Of a stretch of DNA of 33,267 nt, positions 21,201-32,765 are shown one piece after another (within the stretch, counting starts at the first letter, position 1; each line of letters starts with the position of its first letter). The stretch comes from Klebsormidium nitens (taxonomy: Eukaryota; Plantae; Klebsormidiophyceae). The stretch covers positions 8,467 through 41,733 of the forward strand of contig DF237672.1 in assembly GCA_000708835.1 (NCBI GenBank), in the 5' to 3' direction. The position numbers were made by a program, and so were the translations under genes. The notes beneath the pieces were generated by a model, which was not told where the DNA came from, ran no database searches, and saw nothing but the letters and a program-made list of their open reading frames with translations.

Positions 21201-23124
21201 TGGTGCGTGAACCGAGGTCTCTTTTTATCCGGTCCCTTGATGAGCTTCCGCCCTACCGGCCGCGCTTAACAAGGTGACATCTGAGCGATTTGCTTTACTA
21301 CTGTAAGAAGGAAAGACTTGAGGATGTAATCCGTATTTCGAGGTCTCGGTTAATCGGAGCCCTGATGAGCTTCCGGGCTCTGCAGGCTGTGCTTAATCTA
21401 GGTGCGATCTGGCTTGATCTGGTTGACCTCAAAAGCCAGAAGCCCTGAAGTTTTGGCTTGGGTTGATTTGGACCATTCTGAAGGACTCTAAGGTTTCGTT
21501 TTGATACAATCCTGTGAGCTTGCGGGCATTCAAGGCGGCGCTCGACAAGGGAGCATAATATTTTGGTGCGATGTTGTTAAAGTATTACACATCTAGTACT
21601 TGATATCACTTTGAGGGGCTCTAAATGGGTTGCGGGTGTTTTGATGAGTCCGATCATTTCGTTGCTCTTTATGAGGCCTTGAATGAATGTTGAAGGCGAT
21701 GGAATCTTGGAGGGACTTGATCATCATGAAAAGAGGGTCACTTTCCATCTGATCAGAAGAGGCGCAAAGAAGCCCACATACTACGAGACAAGCTTGCTCC
21801 GGCTTGTTCGAAAGAGCCTCTCTTTCGTTTTTCCCAAGCCCGCTGATGGTTTTGCAAGGAACTCTTCTGCGTCATCAACGACCGCTTTTCACTCCCGCTC
21901 CTCCTCGCAGATCTACGACGGCTCCGCCTCGCGCAACGGCGCCTCCTGGACCTCTTCCGGGAACCTCGGAGCAGCCCACCTGCCCAAGTACTCCATGGGC
22001 GCTCTAAAGGTCCTCACCGACGAGGCCAAGCGGCTGCGGCGCGGGGGGCGCCCGGTCGAATGGGGGTGGTGCCACAAACTGCACGCGTTTCTGTTCGTGT
22101 TTGAGGAGCAGAACCGGTTCGTACTGGAGTGGCCCCAGTACGGAAATGCGACGTACTTTTTCAATCTAGAGGCGGGGGATGTGCAGTTCCAGCTGCAGCG
22201 GCTGATCGCGGTGATGGCGATCGGGACGGTGACCAAGAACGACATCGTCGATGATCGGCCGCTGGAGGTGAGGCGGCAAATGTTGGGTTCCAACCGATTG
22301 CGGACATTGATATTCGTGCAGAAGGTTCTCAGTGGCCCTCAAGGAACGAATTGATTGTGTTTTTCACAGACAGGCCTATACGAAGCCGTGTCAACTGGTC
22401 AAAGCCGGGGTACCGAAGCAGCAGTACTTTGCATCTGATTTCCGTTTCGTCTTCTTGATCAGGGTCATTCTCAGCAGATCCGATTAGCCCGGGTAATGAT
22501 CACGGTCCCGCCTTTCCTTGCATTTGCTGAAGGTCCTAAGCTTCGAGAGCCGTCATCGTAATGGTACTGTATTAACAGGCGGCTTTTCTGCGGACGCTTG
22601 TTTGAATCTTCAAAAGCAGAAACCAGCGGCAAGATCCAGAAGCCATATGCGAAGGAAGGCAGCTCTGTGGAAAGAAAACCGAGCCCGAATGCATCTGGAC
22701 CCAGAATGCCAAGCGCAAAGGGCTTTCAACTCAGCACGTTTCTTCGACCCCTCGTAAGACGTGTCCTCCCTACCCTTTGTAGCGGATCAGGGGGATCCCT
22801 CCCGACGAGCTGCGAGTCCTGGAGGAGTTCGGGCGCAAGCCGGAGACGGGCCTCGGGTCGTTCCTTAACTTCGCCAACCGGGTCGTCCACGACTACAAGG
22901 ACGAGTGTACCCTCGAGCAGTGGCAGACCCGGATACGGGAAGAGCTGCACCGGGGAAGAAATACCGGGCAGATCGAAAAGTCGCCCCGGCCACTTCCGTG
23001 GGCCGGGCTGCTAGGCGAGGTTGCCCCGTTGGCGCTAGAAACGGCAGCCCCGGTGACTCGGGAGGAGCTGCTGGTCGTCAAGGCGGAGCAGAATGAGGAG
23101 TTGGGAAATGCCATGCGGACGTGA
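15235..23124 (+). CDS. Large protein: disordered N-terminus, coiled coil, and a plant-conserved uncharacterised C-terminal domain
   Basis: Exons 15235-16520, 17940-18123, 18643-18726, 19197-19241, 19802-21022, 21911-22267, 22783-23124, with consistent phases (2,0,0,0,0,0) and GT-AG introns. The C-terminal motifs LDDMKLYG, SFRALQAVLNK, HLPKY, RLRRGGRPVEWGWCHKLHAFLFVF, EWPQYGNATYFF and ETGLGSFLNFANRVVHD resemble a land-plant family of unknown function as recalled. The start codon or first exon is not resolved. Confidence 0.75.
17200..17939 (+). repeat. Degenerate tandem array of an acceptor site plus exon start, upstream of exon 17940
   Basis: ccag|cgtgttgctcaaagg (AG 17230), ccag|cctgttgcatcgacggg (17385), ccag|catgtcgctacacgag (17516) and caca-acggttgctgcaacggg (about 17818) precede the real cacag|CGTGTTGCTCCAACGGG (17938). 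Shared motifs: caccagctt, cagactccttctg, actcgataccatttctct. Confidence 0.8.
18412..18601. mobile_element. MITE-like / foldback element (190 bp) in an intron
   Basis: Perfect 22-bp terminal inverted repeat (tctcgatttcatgttgactaag at 18412-18433, cttagtcaacatgaaatcgaga at 18580-18601), an internal second atgttgacta/tagtcaacat pair and a non-coding C-rich core. No clear target-site duplication. Confidence 0.7.
21008..21555 (+). repeat. Degenerate tandem array of an exon end plus donor site, downstream of exon 19802-21022
   Basis: gccgtgcttaacaag|gtgag ends at 21022 (real) and 21147, gccgcgcttaacaag|gtgac at 21273, gctgtgcttaatctag|gtgcg at 21401, gcggcgctcgacaag|ggag at 21549. Period is about 125-148 nt, with a shared gaggtct motif. 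Confidence 0.88.
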
Positions 23125-25309
23125 CTTGCAATTCTTAGCAACGTTCGGTTTGAGAGTCTGCAAGGTTACCTGAATCAGAATTGATTGTACATAGGCTGAG
23201 GTTGACGGTCGTTGTTCATGCCGTCAGTACACGGATCCTCGAAGACGAGCAGCAATATCATGAAAATGCTGGTGCGCCATTTTTCTTGCCAAGCTGGCTT
23301 GGAGATTGCGTGCGGATTAGAATTCACCAACGAGGGACTGACCGGGCGACTTTCTCGGTGCGATGCTTCGAACCACACTACGTGCCTACGAGGAAGCCGG
23401 GTACAGTGAAGCTTTTTTTGACCAGTACGGAAGTACAGAGGAATCAAGACCCCGAACCTCACGAACGGGTATCAGAACTTGGCAATGGGCGGGTTCCAAA
23501 AGGGCGAGTTGGTCCACGTTCTCCTTCCACGCATTCCGATTCTGACATGATTTGCGATCGACCGTCGGCGCTTCAATGTGGGCGGCAATCGCGTGAGGAA
23601 CGTGGGGTCATTACAAACTTAACATGAGCCTGAGGCTCTTCAGATCCATATGGAGATCATTGTGCACACATGTGACAATTCATTTGCATAGATTCCACCT
23701 AGAGTATCTCATGATATTGCACTGCGAATGGAATATCATTCCACTTACATCAGTCCCGTATGGAACGCTCGCAAGTTTCCAAATAGCTGTGCAGTATCCA
23801 CGCACATGCATGTGTATGTCGCATGAGATCCCAATGCTGCGGCGCGATGGTGGACTCAGGTCTAATGCCAAAAGCGTGCTTTATACATGCAATGATGCGG
23901 GATCCTTGGCAGCATGCGGAAGCCATCCGTTCATATTCAAGGCAAACCGTATTGGCGGCTATAATGTGCAGGTGCTTTGGCGCCACTAAGCCCGCGATAC
24001 CATTGCATTCTTTGCTCTTTGCAGGCTTCAAAAATCCACTCTCAGTATGCTACATATATGAAACCTGTTCGGAGTACCGTCGCTACCAGGCAGGAATACG
24101 GTAACAACCTTATGAGCAGTGCAACTCCTACAAGTGGAAACAAAGGCAACGTTTAAGAAACAGTTCGTCTAACCTGTGCACCTTGACAGATCCTGGACCA
24201 TTGCGACGCCTTATCGAGCGAAACGCCTCTGGTATACTAGCTAGGCGTTGCTGATGATCCTCGCTTGCTTGAAGTCCGCAGGTAAGTCGAGGATGGAGGA
24301 TCGAGGAGCGATATGTGCCGTACATACAAAGACGAAGCTGTATGCTGCTGTATATATGCTGCTCGCTTTACTTTTTAGAGTATTCAAACATCTGCAATCT
24401 GCAATCCTGCACATAACAAGATCATCCCTGCCTGTTGACGTCTCTTTACTACAAAGGCTGGATACTGGAGAAATATTCAGGGCTCCCGGCACAGGCGCTA
24501 GGCTGTCAATCGGTGGCCAAAATCACAAGTGGACGGGATTGCGCTTTCTGCTTGCAACATAATCGTTAAATTGATATTTTTGAGGTCCGTCATTTCGCGC
24601 CCTGATCTAGCCATCCATGCGCGGCCGCGCTGATTGGTGAGTCGTTTGATACGGATCGAAGGGTTTTGGGGTTTGGCAAGGAAGCTGACCGCGGGCACAC
24701 TTGGGTATCTGGCTACTTGGGTACACCTTGACTACTCTGAGTCTGGGTGCGCCCAGGTGCGCCGTTTTGAATTGGTCTGATCTGGCCAACCAGCTCGCTT
24801 AGCTTGTGCATCTTTTACCTCATTTCAATTTTCTGTGCAACCGGCTCGTCTTCAACTTCGCTGTGTTTAACCTTGGAAGTGTGCGCGTTGCGCGTAAGAA
24901 CGCGGCAGTTCCGCAGATTTGTCGAAGGGATGACAATGTCGCGGGAAGTTCTGCTGTTTGTGCGCCGTATGGGTTTGATGTTGTTGATCCAACCAATGCT
25001 CATGCTAGCTTTTCCGTGAGGGTTCCCGAAGCAGCCTGCGCTGGACAGTGGTCTATACTGTATCCAGAGCTGCTCAAGAGCATTCCTTGGCTCAGAAAAT
25101 GTCATTGCTTAGGCCGGGATCACGAGCGGTCAAAATGGCTCCTGCAAATCAGAAGGCATCCGTTCCAAGTTCCGTCCAACCAGTTTCCGCTCTTTGTGAG
25201 AGTGCTTCCTAACTTTACATCCCCGGGTGAGTAATGGTTTTGTTCATGGTCCCGGTTGTGGATCAGGCTCGTGCAATCTGGAATGGTGAGACCAGGACAT
25301 GTGTTGCTT

Positions 25310-25560
25310 ACTGTTTCAGAGACTGTACTTACGCCATCGACTGCAAGAACCACCATCGGTTTGTCTTGAGAGTTTGTCTTTAGTAGCCGGTTCTTTTTAA
25401 GGAAATACAAATTCGTATTCGGTAAATTCAATATGCAAGGACTTCATCCACTCCTCAGTGCCCTGGTAAGTGCTCCTCAGCAGTCAGCCATAAGCATATT
25501 CCTAACTGATCACATAGCCTTTCTTCGAAACGTTAAGGGATCCAGTGACTCGTCTTGACA
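25310..25560 (-). pseudogene. Possible decayed Ulp1/C48 cysteine-protease-like fragment (transposon-type)
   Basis: A broken frame reads SHW (frameshift) SLNVSKKGYVIS*EY ... EFVFP*KEPATKDKLSRQTDGGSCS, reminiscent of the HW...D...QxxGxxC order. It contains stops and a frameshift. Confidence 0.25.
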
Positions 25561-26034
25561 CAATAGTATGTAACCTAGATTCATCGAAGATGCTTTGAAC
25601 CCCGTATTGCTTTAGCTCCATGTTCATTGGTGGAGAAAGCCGTTCCTTTATTTGGAAGTTAGCCTGCTTCAATTGAATACGTGCCTGTCAAATTACCCGC
25701 AGAACTGATGAAGGCGGAAAGAGAGCTGGGCTTGCCCAAGGCACAGAGAATGAGCTCCAAAATTGAGGATCCTATCTTGTTGGAGATCTGTGATGGGCCA
25801 AGCTCGTGGCTGTCTTGCTGCTAATTGGTCCCCCAAACAAGTCTAAGTTATTTGCTTCACTTCCAGCAGGCCAGTCCATCTGCTCCATGATCCTCTGAAA
25901 TGCAGAGTTCCGGTGGTCCTCATCAGTTGCTCTTGCTTGCGTCGACTTTGACAAATCAGCTGTCTTATCATGCTAGCTGTTTGACTGCTTATGACACGTC
26001 CAAAATACAAAGCCTTTGGAATTGTTTCCTGCAG

Positions 26035-27383
26035 TGATGGAAAACGGCCCCCTTTCTGTCGGCCTCCTCTACTTCGAAGGACCTCCCCAGAATATCCCTG
26101 ATAAACCTCCCAGGGGGCTTGTGGTTGCATGGCGGACGGGCTACAACGGGATGATTGCGAAGCTTGACAGCATGCCTGGACTTGGAGACGATTACACGTA
26201 CCAGCTATTTCGGAGCAACGAGAGGGGGGACAGCTATCAAGAGCTTCATGAAGACACGGATAGAGTGCTCGGCACTGTCTACATTTCCGCCACATGGATA
26301 CGTGAGTTGAAGCTTTCAGAAATTGGACCCGAGGTCCGATGCTTCTATTGATATCGCAATTCCCTGTGCTGAAGCATGTTTTCATGGTCTGTGCACAGCA
26401 AACATGACAAGTCAATGTTAACTCAGTCCCTGCTGAAGGAGGAACGGAAACTCTGCTGCTTTTGATTCATAGCGCTTTACAGATCCACATCAAGTCAATT
26501 GAGTCGGTGTTTTTGTGCTGGAACGCCTGCAGCGCTCAGCCTCCGAGACTCCATAAAGGAGAGCTCTGCAAAGTCCCTTGATCATCATCTGGTCAGCAAG
26601 CAAGACTCGAGGCCACAGCTCTCACGTAATGAGGTGCGTTTTGACCAATTTGTCGCTATACGTGCAGATCTGAGTCTGGGTTCCCCTGCATCCCGTGCTA
26701 TGCCTCTATTGCTTTATGGTCCACCTTGCTTATTCTCGTGTTCGAAGTTGAGAATCACTTTCAACTGTCCTCCGAAGATAATTGTATGGACCACTGAGAG
26801 CCCTCACCGGAATCTCATGTAGTGAATCATGGTCCTGTCTCAGTCTGCAAGCCCTCCCTTCATTGTCCAGGTAAGATTGCATCATAGACAACATGATTAC
26901 ATGCAGGCGCAAACTTTCCAAAACGCCACGGTCGACCTTCAGAGTAGCTCTCAAAGTGCTGGGAGCAATCGGGGCGACAAAAAATGGTCGGGACCACTGA
27001 GCTTGCAAAACCAGGTGAGTTCGAGGGTGCTGGTCATACCCCACTGACAGTTCCCGATGCAGATTCCTCGATGTTTGTCCTGTAATTTGCCCGCTTGGTC
27101 TTCGCTTCTTGGTGTCGTCTCTTGCTTTCAGTAGCTTCTGACTGCATCAAATGGTGTTCCTCTCTGATTACGTGCCCTACCTTATCCAGCGTTCTTCACT
27201 TCTCTTCCCATCACATTACAATTTCACGCAGGGGCACAAATTTATAAATGCGTGAGTCGACTCACGCCATCTTTGCAGGCGCGCGTCAGGGATGAGAAGG
27301 AGACGAGGTCTCATGAAAAACCGTTCCGTCTTCGGCTAGGGCTTTGGCTGGACAGAATGACTGGTCGGGGCGCTCGCGCAGAG
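26035..27383 (+). CDS. Partial spliced gene of unknown function (four internal exons)
   Basis: Exons 26035-26301, 26533-26633, 26907-27014, 27279-27383 have good splice sites (cctgcag, gtgagt, gtgcgt, gtaagg) and consistent phases (1,0,0). The joined frame is open for about 193 aa (MENGPLSVGLLYFEGPP...RMTGRGARAE). First and last exons were not identified. Confidence 0.5.
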
Positions 27384-29132
27384 GTAAGGGCATGCAGCCC
27401 TCTTATTTGGAGTTGTACAATGGTGTTTGCGGAAGGTCTCGCTGCAGATCTCCTTTAGCTTCTAAAATTCAGAAGAATCGAGAAACGACTAAGACGATCT
27501 GAGTTCTGGTTTCTGCGAGATTGATGCCCTTTAGTTGTACGTCTATTTTCATGGCCGACTCGGTGCATTCTGAGGCAAAATCTCACAAAGTCTGATGCCA
27601 TTGGCATTCCAGAAGATGACGGCTTGGGCTAAATCTAGTCGAATCTGACCATTTTCCCCCAAATCCTACAAGGTGTTCCAAGCTGCTTGCCATTCCAAGC
27701 CACGTCTTTCTTATACTCTAAATTGAAATCCAAAATGGACTAGGTACAGTCATTGGAAGCTGCCAGCTGAGATCCTGTAGTAGGCTGCTCCGCTTTGATC
27801 GCTTCCGTGTCGTGCTGACAAATAGCCGAAAGCTTCGCTAAACGGGTAACTTTGCCACGGAATCCAGGCAGCCTACGTAAGGACTTAACATCTGGGTATC
27901 TCTCCATCGTTGATCAGTGCAGTCCATCTAAAGTAGCCAATTAGCCCCAAGTACGGTTCGAGCGTTTTGGCGGCACGCGCATATCATGGGAACCGAGCCG
28001 TTTGACGTCTAGTATGACTGCCGTTTGAAAAGAAACTTCCACCGTCAGGCCCGGCCCCCAAAGCAAGGTCCCAACTTTTGTTGAAGCTGGCCGCTGGCAA
28101 TACGCATCTAACTGGAAGTATGTGGTTTTGGACTTTACCGCTAGCTAATCTGCTATCAGGATGTTTCAATCAATTGTCTGAAGCAGAGACATCGGTTAGA
28201 GCTGCACGCGAGGTGCTGTGCGGATCATTGCATGGTGAGGGCATGGTTCATGCCTGCCAGAATTCGCCATGGCCGTTCAGACGGGTGCCAATGAAATCTG
28301 CTAATTATTAGTACAGGACAAAATCCGACTAGACGTACGCGTGAAACTGCATGGGCCGCCGATATTCACAAATAGACTTACATTCATCATGTTGGATTCT
28401 TTAACCTTGTCCATCAACACGAGCTAGTTGAAAGGTCGACTTCAGCGTTGGCGTCACGGTAACACTATCCAGCGAGGTTGCATGTGCTTGATCTGTTTAT
28501 ACCATCAAATAATGCTCCGGCCGTCGGATGCATCAAAATCGTACCTGCATATACATTGTCACAATTCATACATGCAGTACTTGGACGGGCCTAGCAGGCA
28601 GCTTCCTAGCTGTACGAGGCGCAAAAGGAGGTTCGAGTCACTGATCCTGACGGTCCACGTCGATCCAACCCGCCGGGCTGCATCGAAAAGAGGACAAACC
28701 ATATCATGGACTAGCTCTGGCTGGCAGCCCAGGATGTACGAACAGTTTTGGCAGGCAAATTCGGAAAAGCGGTCATGCATAAGATCTCATTGATTAAATA
28801 GGTTGCGTTCAAAAGCTCCACTCACACGGGGCCAAAGACCATGCCCCCTCTACTTTAAGCCGATTAAAGTTCAATCATATGCAGGGCCATTGCAGACCCC
28901 CTACAATCAATAATTTAAGCCTGGCCGCTTCTATATCTCGCCTCTAGCAGGGTTAGCGAACGTTGCCGCCTTCAAAGTCACTCTCGCGTGCGTATTCATC
29001 AGCTTTCTTATATCGACACATATGCACCGAACAGCAGCAGGTTTGGACTTCGAATCGCGTGCAGCTATGCATTCCAAACCATCTTTTATGCCGTTAACCT
29101 GACCTCCAAACTACCGCTACTTTTGTAAACAC

Positions 29133-32100
29133 CTATATTGTGACGGAATCGACCAAACGAGCTCCCCTGTAAGACATGATGTACAGCCCCATGTAGTGCG
29201 TCGGTCCCTGCAACAGGACAGAGAGGCGCGTGAGAAAGCGAACCGCAGATATTCGGAAAAGCGACTGGTATACATGGCTCTAAGGCCTCTGTGATTTGCC
29301 GATGGCTGCCGGAAGAAGTGGAGTTGCTTTCGAAAGATAGGGCACGAGAGTTCTGGCAAACAGCCACCAACCCCTTCAGAAGAGACAAACTCTCTTTGAA
29401 TCGTGCTAAAGGAATAGGGATATTCTCTCCGAAAGGGAGAAGAGTCAAAGATAGGGCTATTGCCGCAGTACTGCTAGCTACGCGAACGGCGACCCTGAAA
29501 GCGCGGGGCCTGACAATTGCAAGGTTCACGGCAATAGCCCTCGCGACCCACGGCAAACTGGGAAAAACCAATGTTCGTACGTAGACGCTGGTTGAGAGCG
29601 CCCGCTGTTAAGCAACGATGCGCTTGTTGTGCACCGAAGACTCCGTTCGGACGCATCTAGAAGAAGTGACGGACACGATATACATTTGTCAAAAGGAGCC
29701 CAGTGCGACCCGCGCATCAGTGTGCCCCGTCGGATTTGGCTTCGACAACGGAAGCTACAACAGCAACTCAATAGAGAGGACGCAAACGACAACCGAAAAG
29801 GAAAACTTGAAAGCATTATCACTCACTTGCGGATGTGCGGAGTACGGGCTCTTCCCGTTCTTCTTGACTTCTTCGAGGGGCATATCAGAAGTGGCGCAGC
29901 CGTCGGCGTAGACGTAGACCTCGGAGAGGGGGGGGATCATCTTGTGGTTACGCGCGGAGAGGGCGCTGACGACAAAGTCGAGCACGCAGACGTCAGTGCA
30001 CGTGCCCACCACCAGAATCTGCGCAGGAGAGACTGAATCGAGTGACTTGGCGTCTCGTGACGCCTTCGGCGGATGTAGCGTCTTGGGGAGAAACTTTCCG
30101 CACGCCCTCGAAGAAATTTTCTGTTTCTGTTGGGCGTACTTATTGTGTCACGTCGAAGGGCAAAATTCCTGGAAGAAAGTGGGAGGGGGAAGAAGTTGTC
30201 GTGAACAAGAAGGATCAACAGAAACAACGAGAGCATCCGCCCAACAAATTGAGAGATACTTTTACTTGTTTCGTCGTAGCAAGGAAGCAACAGCAGAAGA
30301 CACAGCATCGTGAATGTGGGGTTGATATTCATTTGTCTAGAACGTGACGTACTGAGTGACAAAGAAGAGAAGCGAAGGAGAACGAGACTCGCAGAATCTC
30401 GTTCCGCTTCAGCGTAGCAAGGAACGGGAAACGTCAGAGTTCGCTGTAGTTTTCGTAAGTGGGAAAGGCAATGACACCGTCCTGCTGAAAGGGGAATGAG
30501 CGGAAGCTGCGACGTGGCCAGACGACGACAACGAACAAAGCGGCGATGGGAAAGCAACAATTACGGCCGAAATTTCACCAGGAACGTTCGGAAGGTTCTC
30601 ATGTTGCTTCTCAAACAGCTAACCTGTGCGAACCTTCATAATCGAAGTACTCACGATTTTCTCCATTATTTTCGCAAAGCCTTTCCCAAAAAGCAAATCA
30701 ATGCACATTCCGAAAAGAGCTTCCAGGAACTCACATGCTCAACCTTGTTCTCTGCAACCCAGTCCACGAACCCGTTCGACCGGTCCTTTCGGAACGCCCC
30801 CACAAAACCGTCCGCGCAGTCCTTGTAGATCTTGACGCATTTCTCGGTGTTGTCCAGCCATCGCAGTTTCTGCACGAGTAAAGCCATCCAATGTCAGTCT
30901 CGGGCTGCTTGGAGGCCCCGTGTCACATAAAGACGGCAGTATTGGTCCCATTCTTTCGCGCCCTTGAAACTTGAAAGACTTACCAACAAAAGCTGGGCGA
31001 GCTACGGCGCTGTGTAATCTGCAAAAGAAAGCGCTGCGTTTGGAAACGCGCCAGTCGAATCGACACGTGTGTTCTGTTTGCAGGGCCGTGAAGGCCACGG
31101 GGGTGACCGCTCGGTGTCGTGCCCGATGGTGATCTCGTGACTGCTCAGGTGACGTCAGCATCCTCGACATCCAACACCCTTAGTACCACTACTGGCCTCT
31201 GACCTAAAGTTGACATCGTTGAGCCCTTGACTGCGACTGACAAGAGACGGCTATCGAAGCCACCGCCAAAAAGTGCATCACTTTATCCTGATGATTCGAG
31301 TCGCTTTCCTCCTTTCACATAGCAGGAAGCATTTGAAAAGCTTTGTCAAAAAGCATCAAGCGACGGCACGAGGTCTGTAACCACCAGCGTTTGACCCAAA
31401 CTTGACCGGCAATGGATCAGAAAACAGAAACCAAAACCTACCGGCACAAAATCCTCCTCTCCGCTTCCCCGCTCGCAGTGCTTTGACCAGGGCGGTTCTG
31501 ACACCCCCATTTCGTGCAGGTCCATGAACGCCAAGACTGGCCAACCCCGGTCCAAGAACTGCCGCGCTAGCCTGTCTGTTTCATCAATCATCCTGTCAAT
31601 CTGCTGGCTGGGGCGAAGGGGTGCCTGGGGAATGAGGGAAGATAAGGGTTGAAGATGACCGCCAGTTTCGAGGATACAATTGCCACTGTAGCTGGAGTGC
31701 ACTTGGTTTTTTCTGATTGTAAGATCCGGATTGATATTGTGGGTGTTTTCCTACTCCCTTTCTTCTGAGTCTAAGTTTATGGGGGGCATTCTGTGATGAC
31801 ATTGAGGCTGTTCAGGCTCTGCGCTTCATTGCAGAATCAGAAACTTTAACAACAAAGGCTTTCAGTTGCAAGAGCGAAGGCCTCGATCAAAGCGTTGAGA
31901 AAAGTATCTCCAACTTCAGCGCAGAGACCGTTGACACTGGTCCACGACCGTTTGAGGATGACCGCTTGCTGAGAGGAGCGAGCTGACTGCAGGCAGGTGT
32001 TGCAGACTAGTTTCCGTAAAGCCCAAACTTTCTTCGAGGCGCTTTGACTCTTTGCAACATTTTTGGAAAACTGATCAAGGACAGGACCTCCTTTGATCTT

Positions 32101-32765
32101 TTCAGCCTGGTCTCCCTTTATGCTGCTTTCAATGTAATGCTAGTTCTGATTTGTTCAAGGCACTACTATGCACAGATCAAATGGTCCAAGAAGTCGAACC
32201 TGCTGACCTTTACTATCCGTTGCTGGGGATCCTTTCAATAAACCGGTGTGCAAGCTTTAGGACTATCAAAATAAAGAGGACTTGGCGCAGGGCTGTACTG
32301 GACAGAAAGACCATCGTCTACATCAAACTTCCAACAACTTTTCCATTGTGTATTATTTCTCTTAGCAGCTGATGTTTTGATTCTTGGATTGTGCTTGTCA
32401 CATACTCCATCTTTTTGCAAAGATTCTGAGAGACTCCCAACTCGTATGCAATTAGCGAAATGGACGAAACAGGACTGACAAGAATAGATTAGAATGGTCC
32501 TCATCTTTGCTTTCCATACACAGAGCTTTTGTTTCCTTGATTGAGTAGCCATTGGTCAGTTGACGTCATGCATGGCTGAGACAGTGGTATCAATTCCTGC
32601 ACCATGGAGGATATGCACACTCACTGAGTTCCCAGCGCCGACGGTGGCAAACCCATTCACTTCATCAACGATGACCAGGCCAACCCGCTTGTCTCCTGCC
32701 TTGTACTGCTCATGCAGCAACGGCAGCTCGCTGTTGAGCAAACGCATCAGACCCTCGGTACTCAT
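29133..32765 (-). CDS. NIC1: Nicotinamidase (isochorismatase-like hydrolase), plant NIC1-like, 241 aa
   Basis: Exons 32765-32625, 31624-31442, 30869-30735, 30018-29827, 29207-29133, all phase 0. Motifs: GLVIVDEVNGFATVGAGN (catalytic D), AFMDLH and EPPWSKHC (metal ligands), KDCADGF (catalytic K), VVGTCTDVCVLDFV (catalytic C), C-terminal HYMGLYIMSYRGA. Confidence 0.93.

Noticed and set aside
23175-24800. Several 60-148 aa ORFs downstream of the large gene
   Set aside because: No recognisable domain, no consistent exon chain, and the ORFs overlap on both strands.
29291-29911. K/R-rich plus-strand ORFs and a 13-bp inverted repeat (agggctattgccg/cggcaatagccct) in a nicotinamidase intron
   Set aside because: This is the purine-rich antisense of a pyrimidine-rich intron, with no recognisable motif. 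The inverted repeat is short and isolated.
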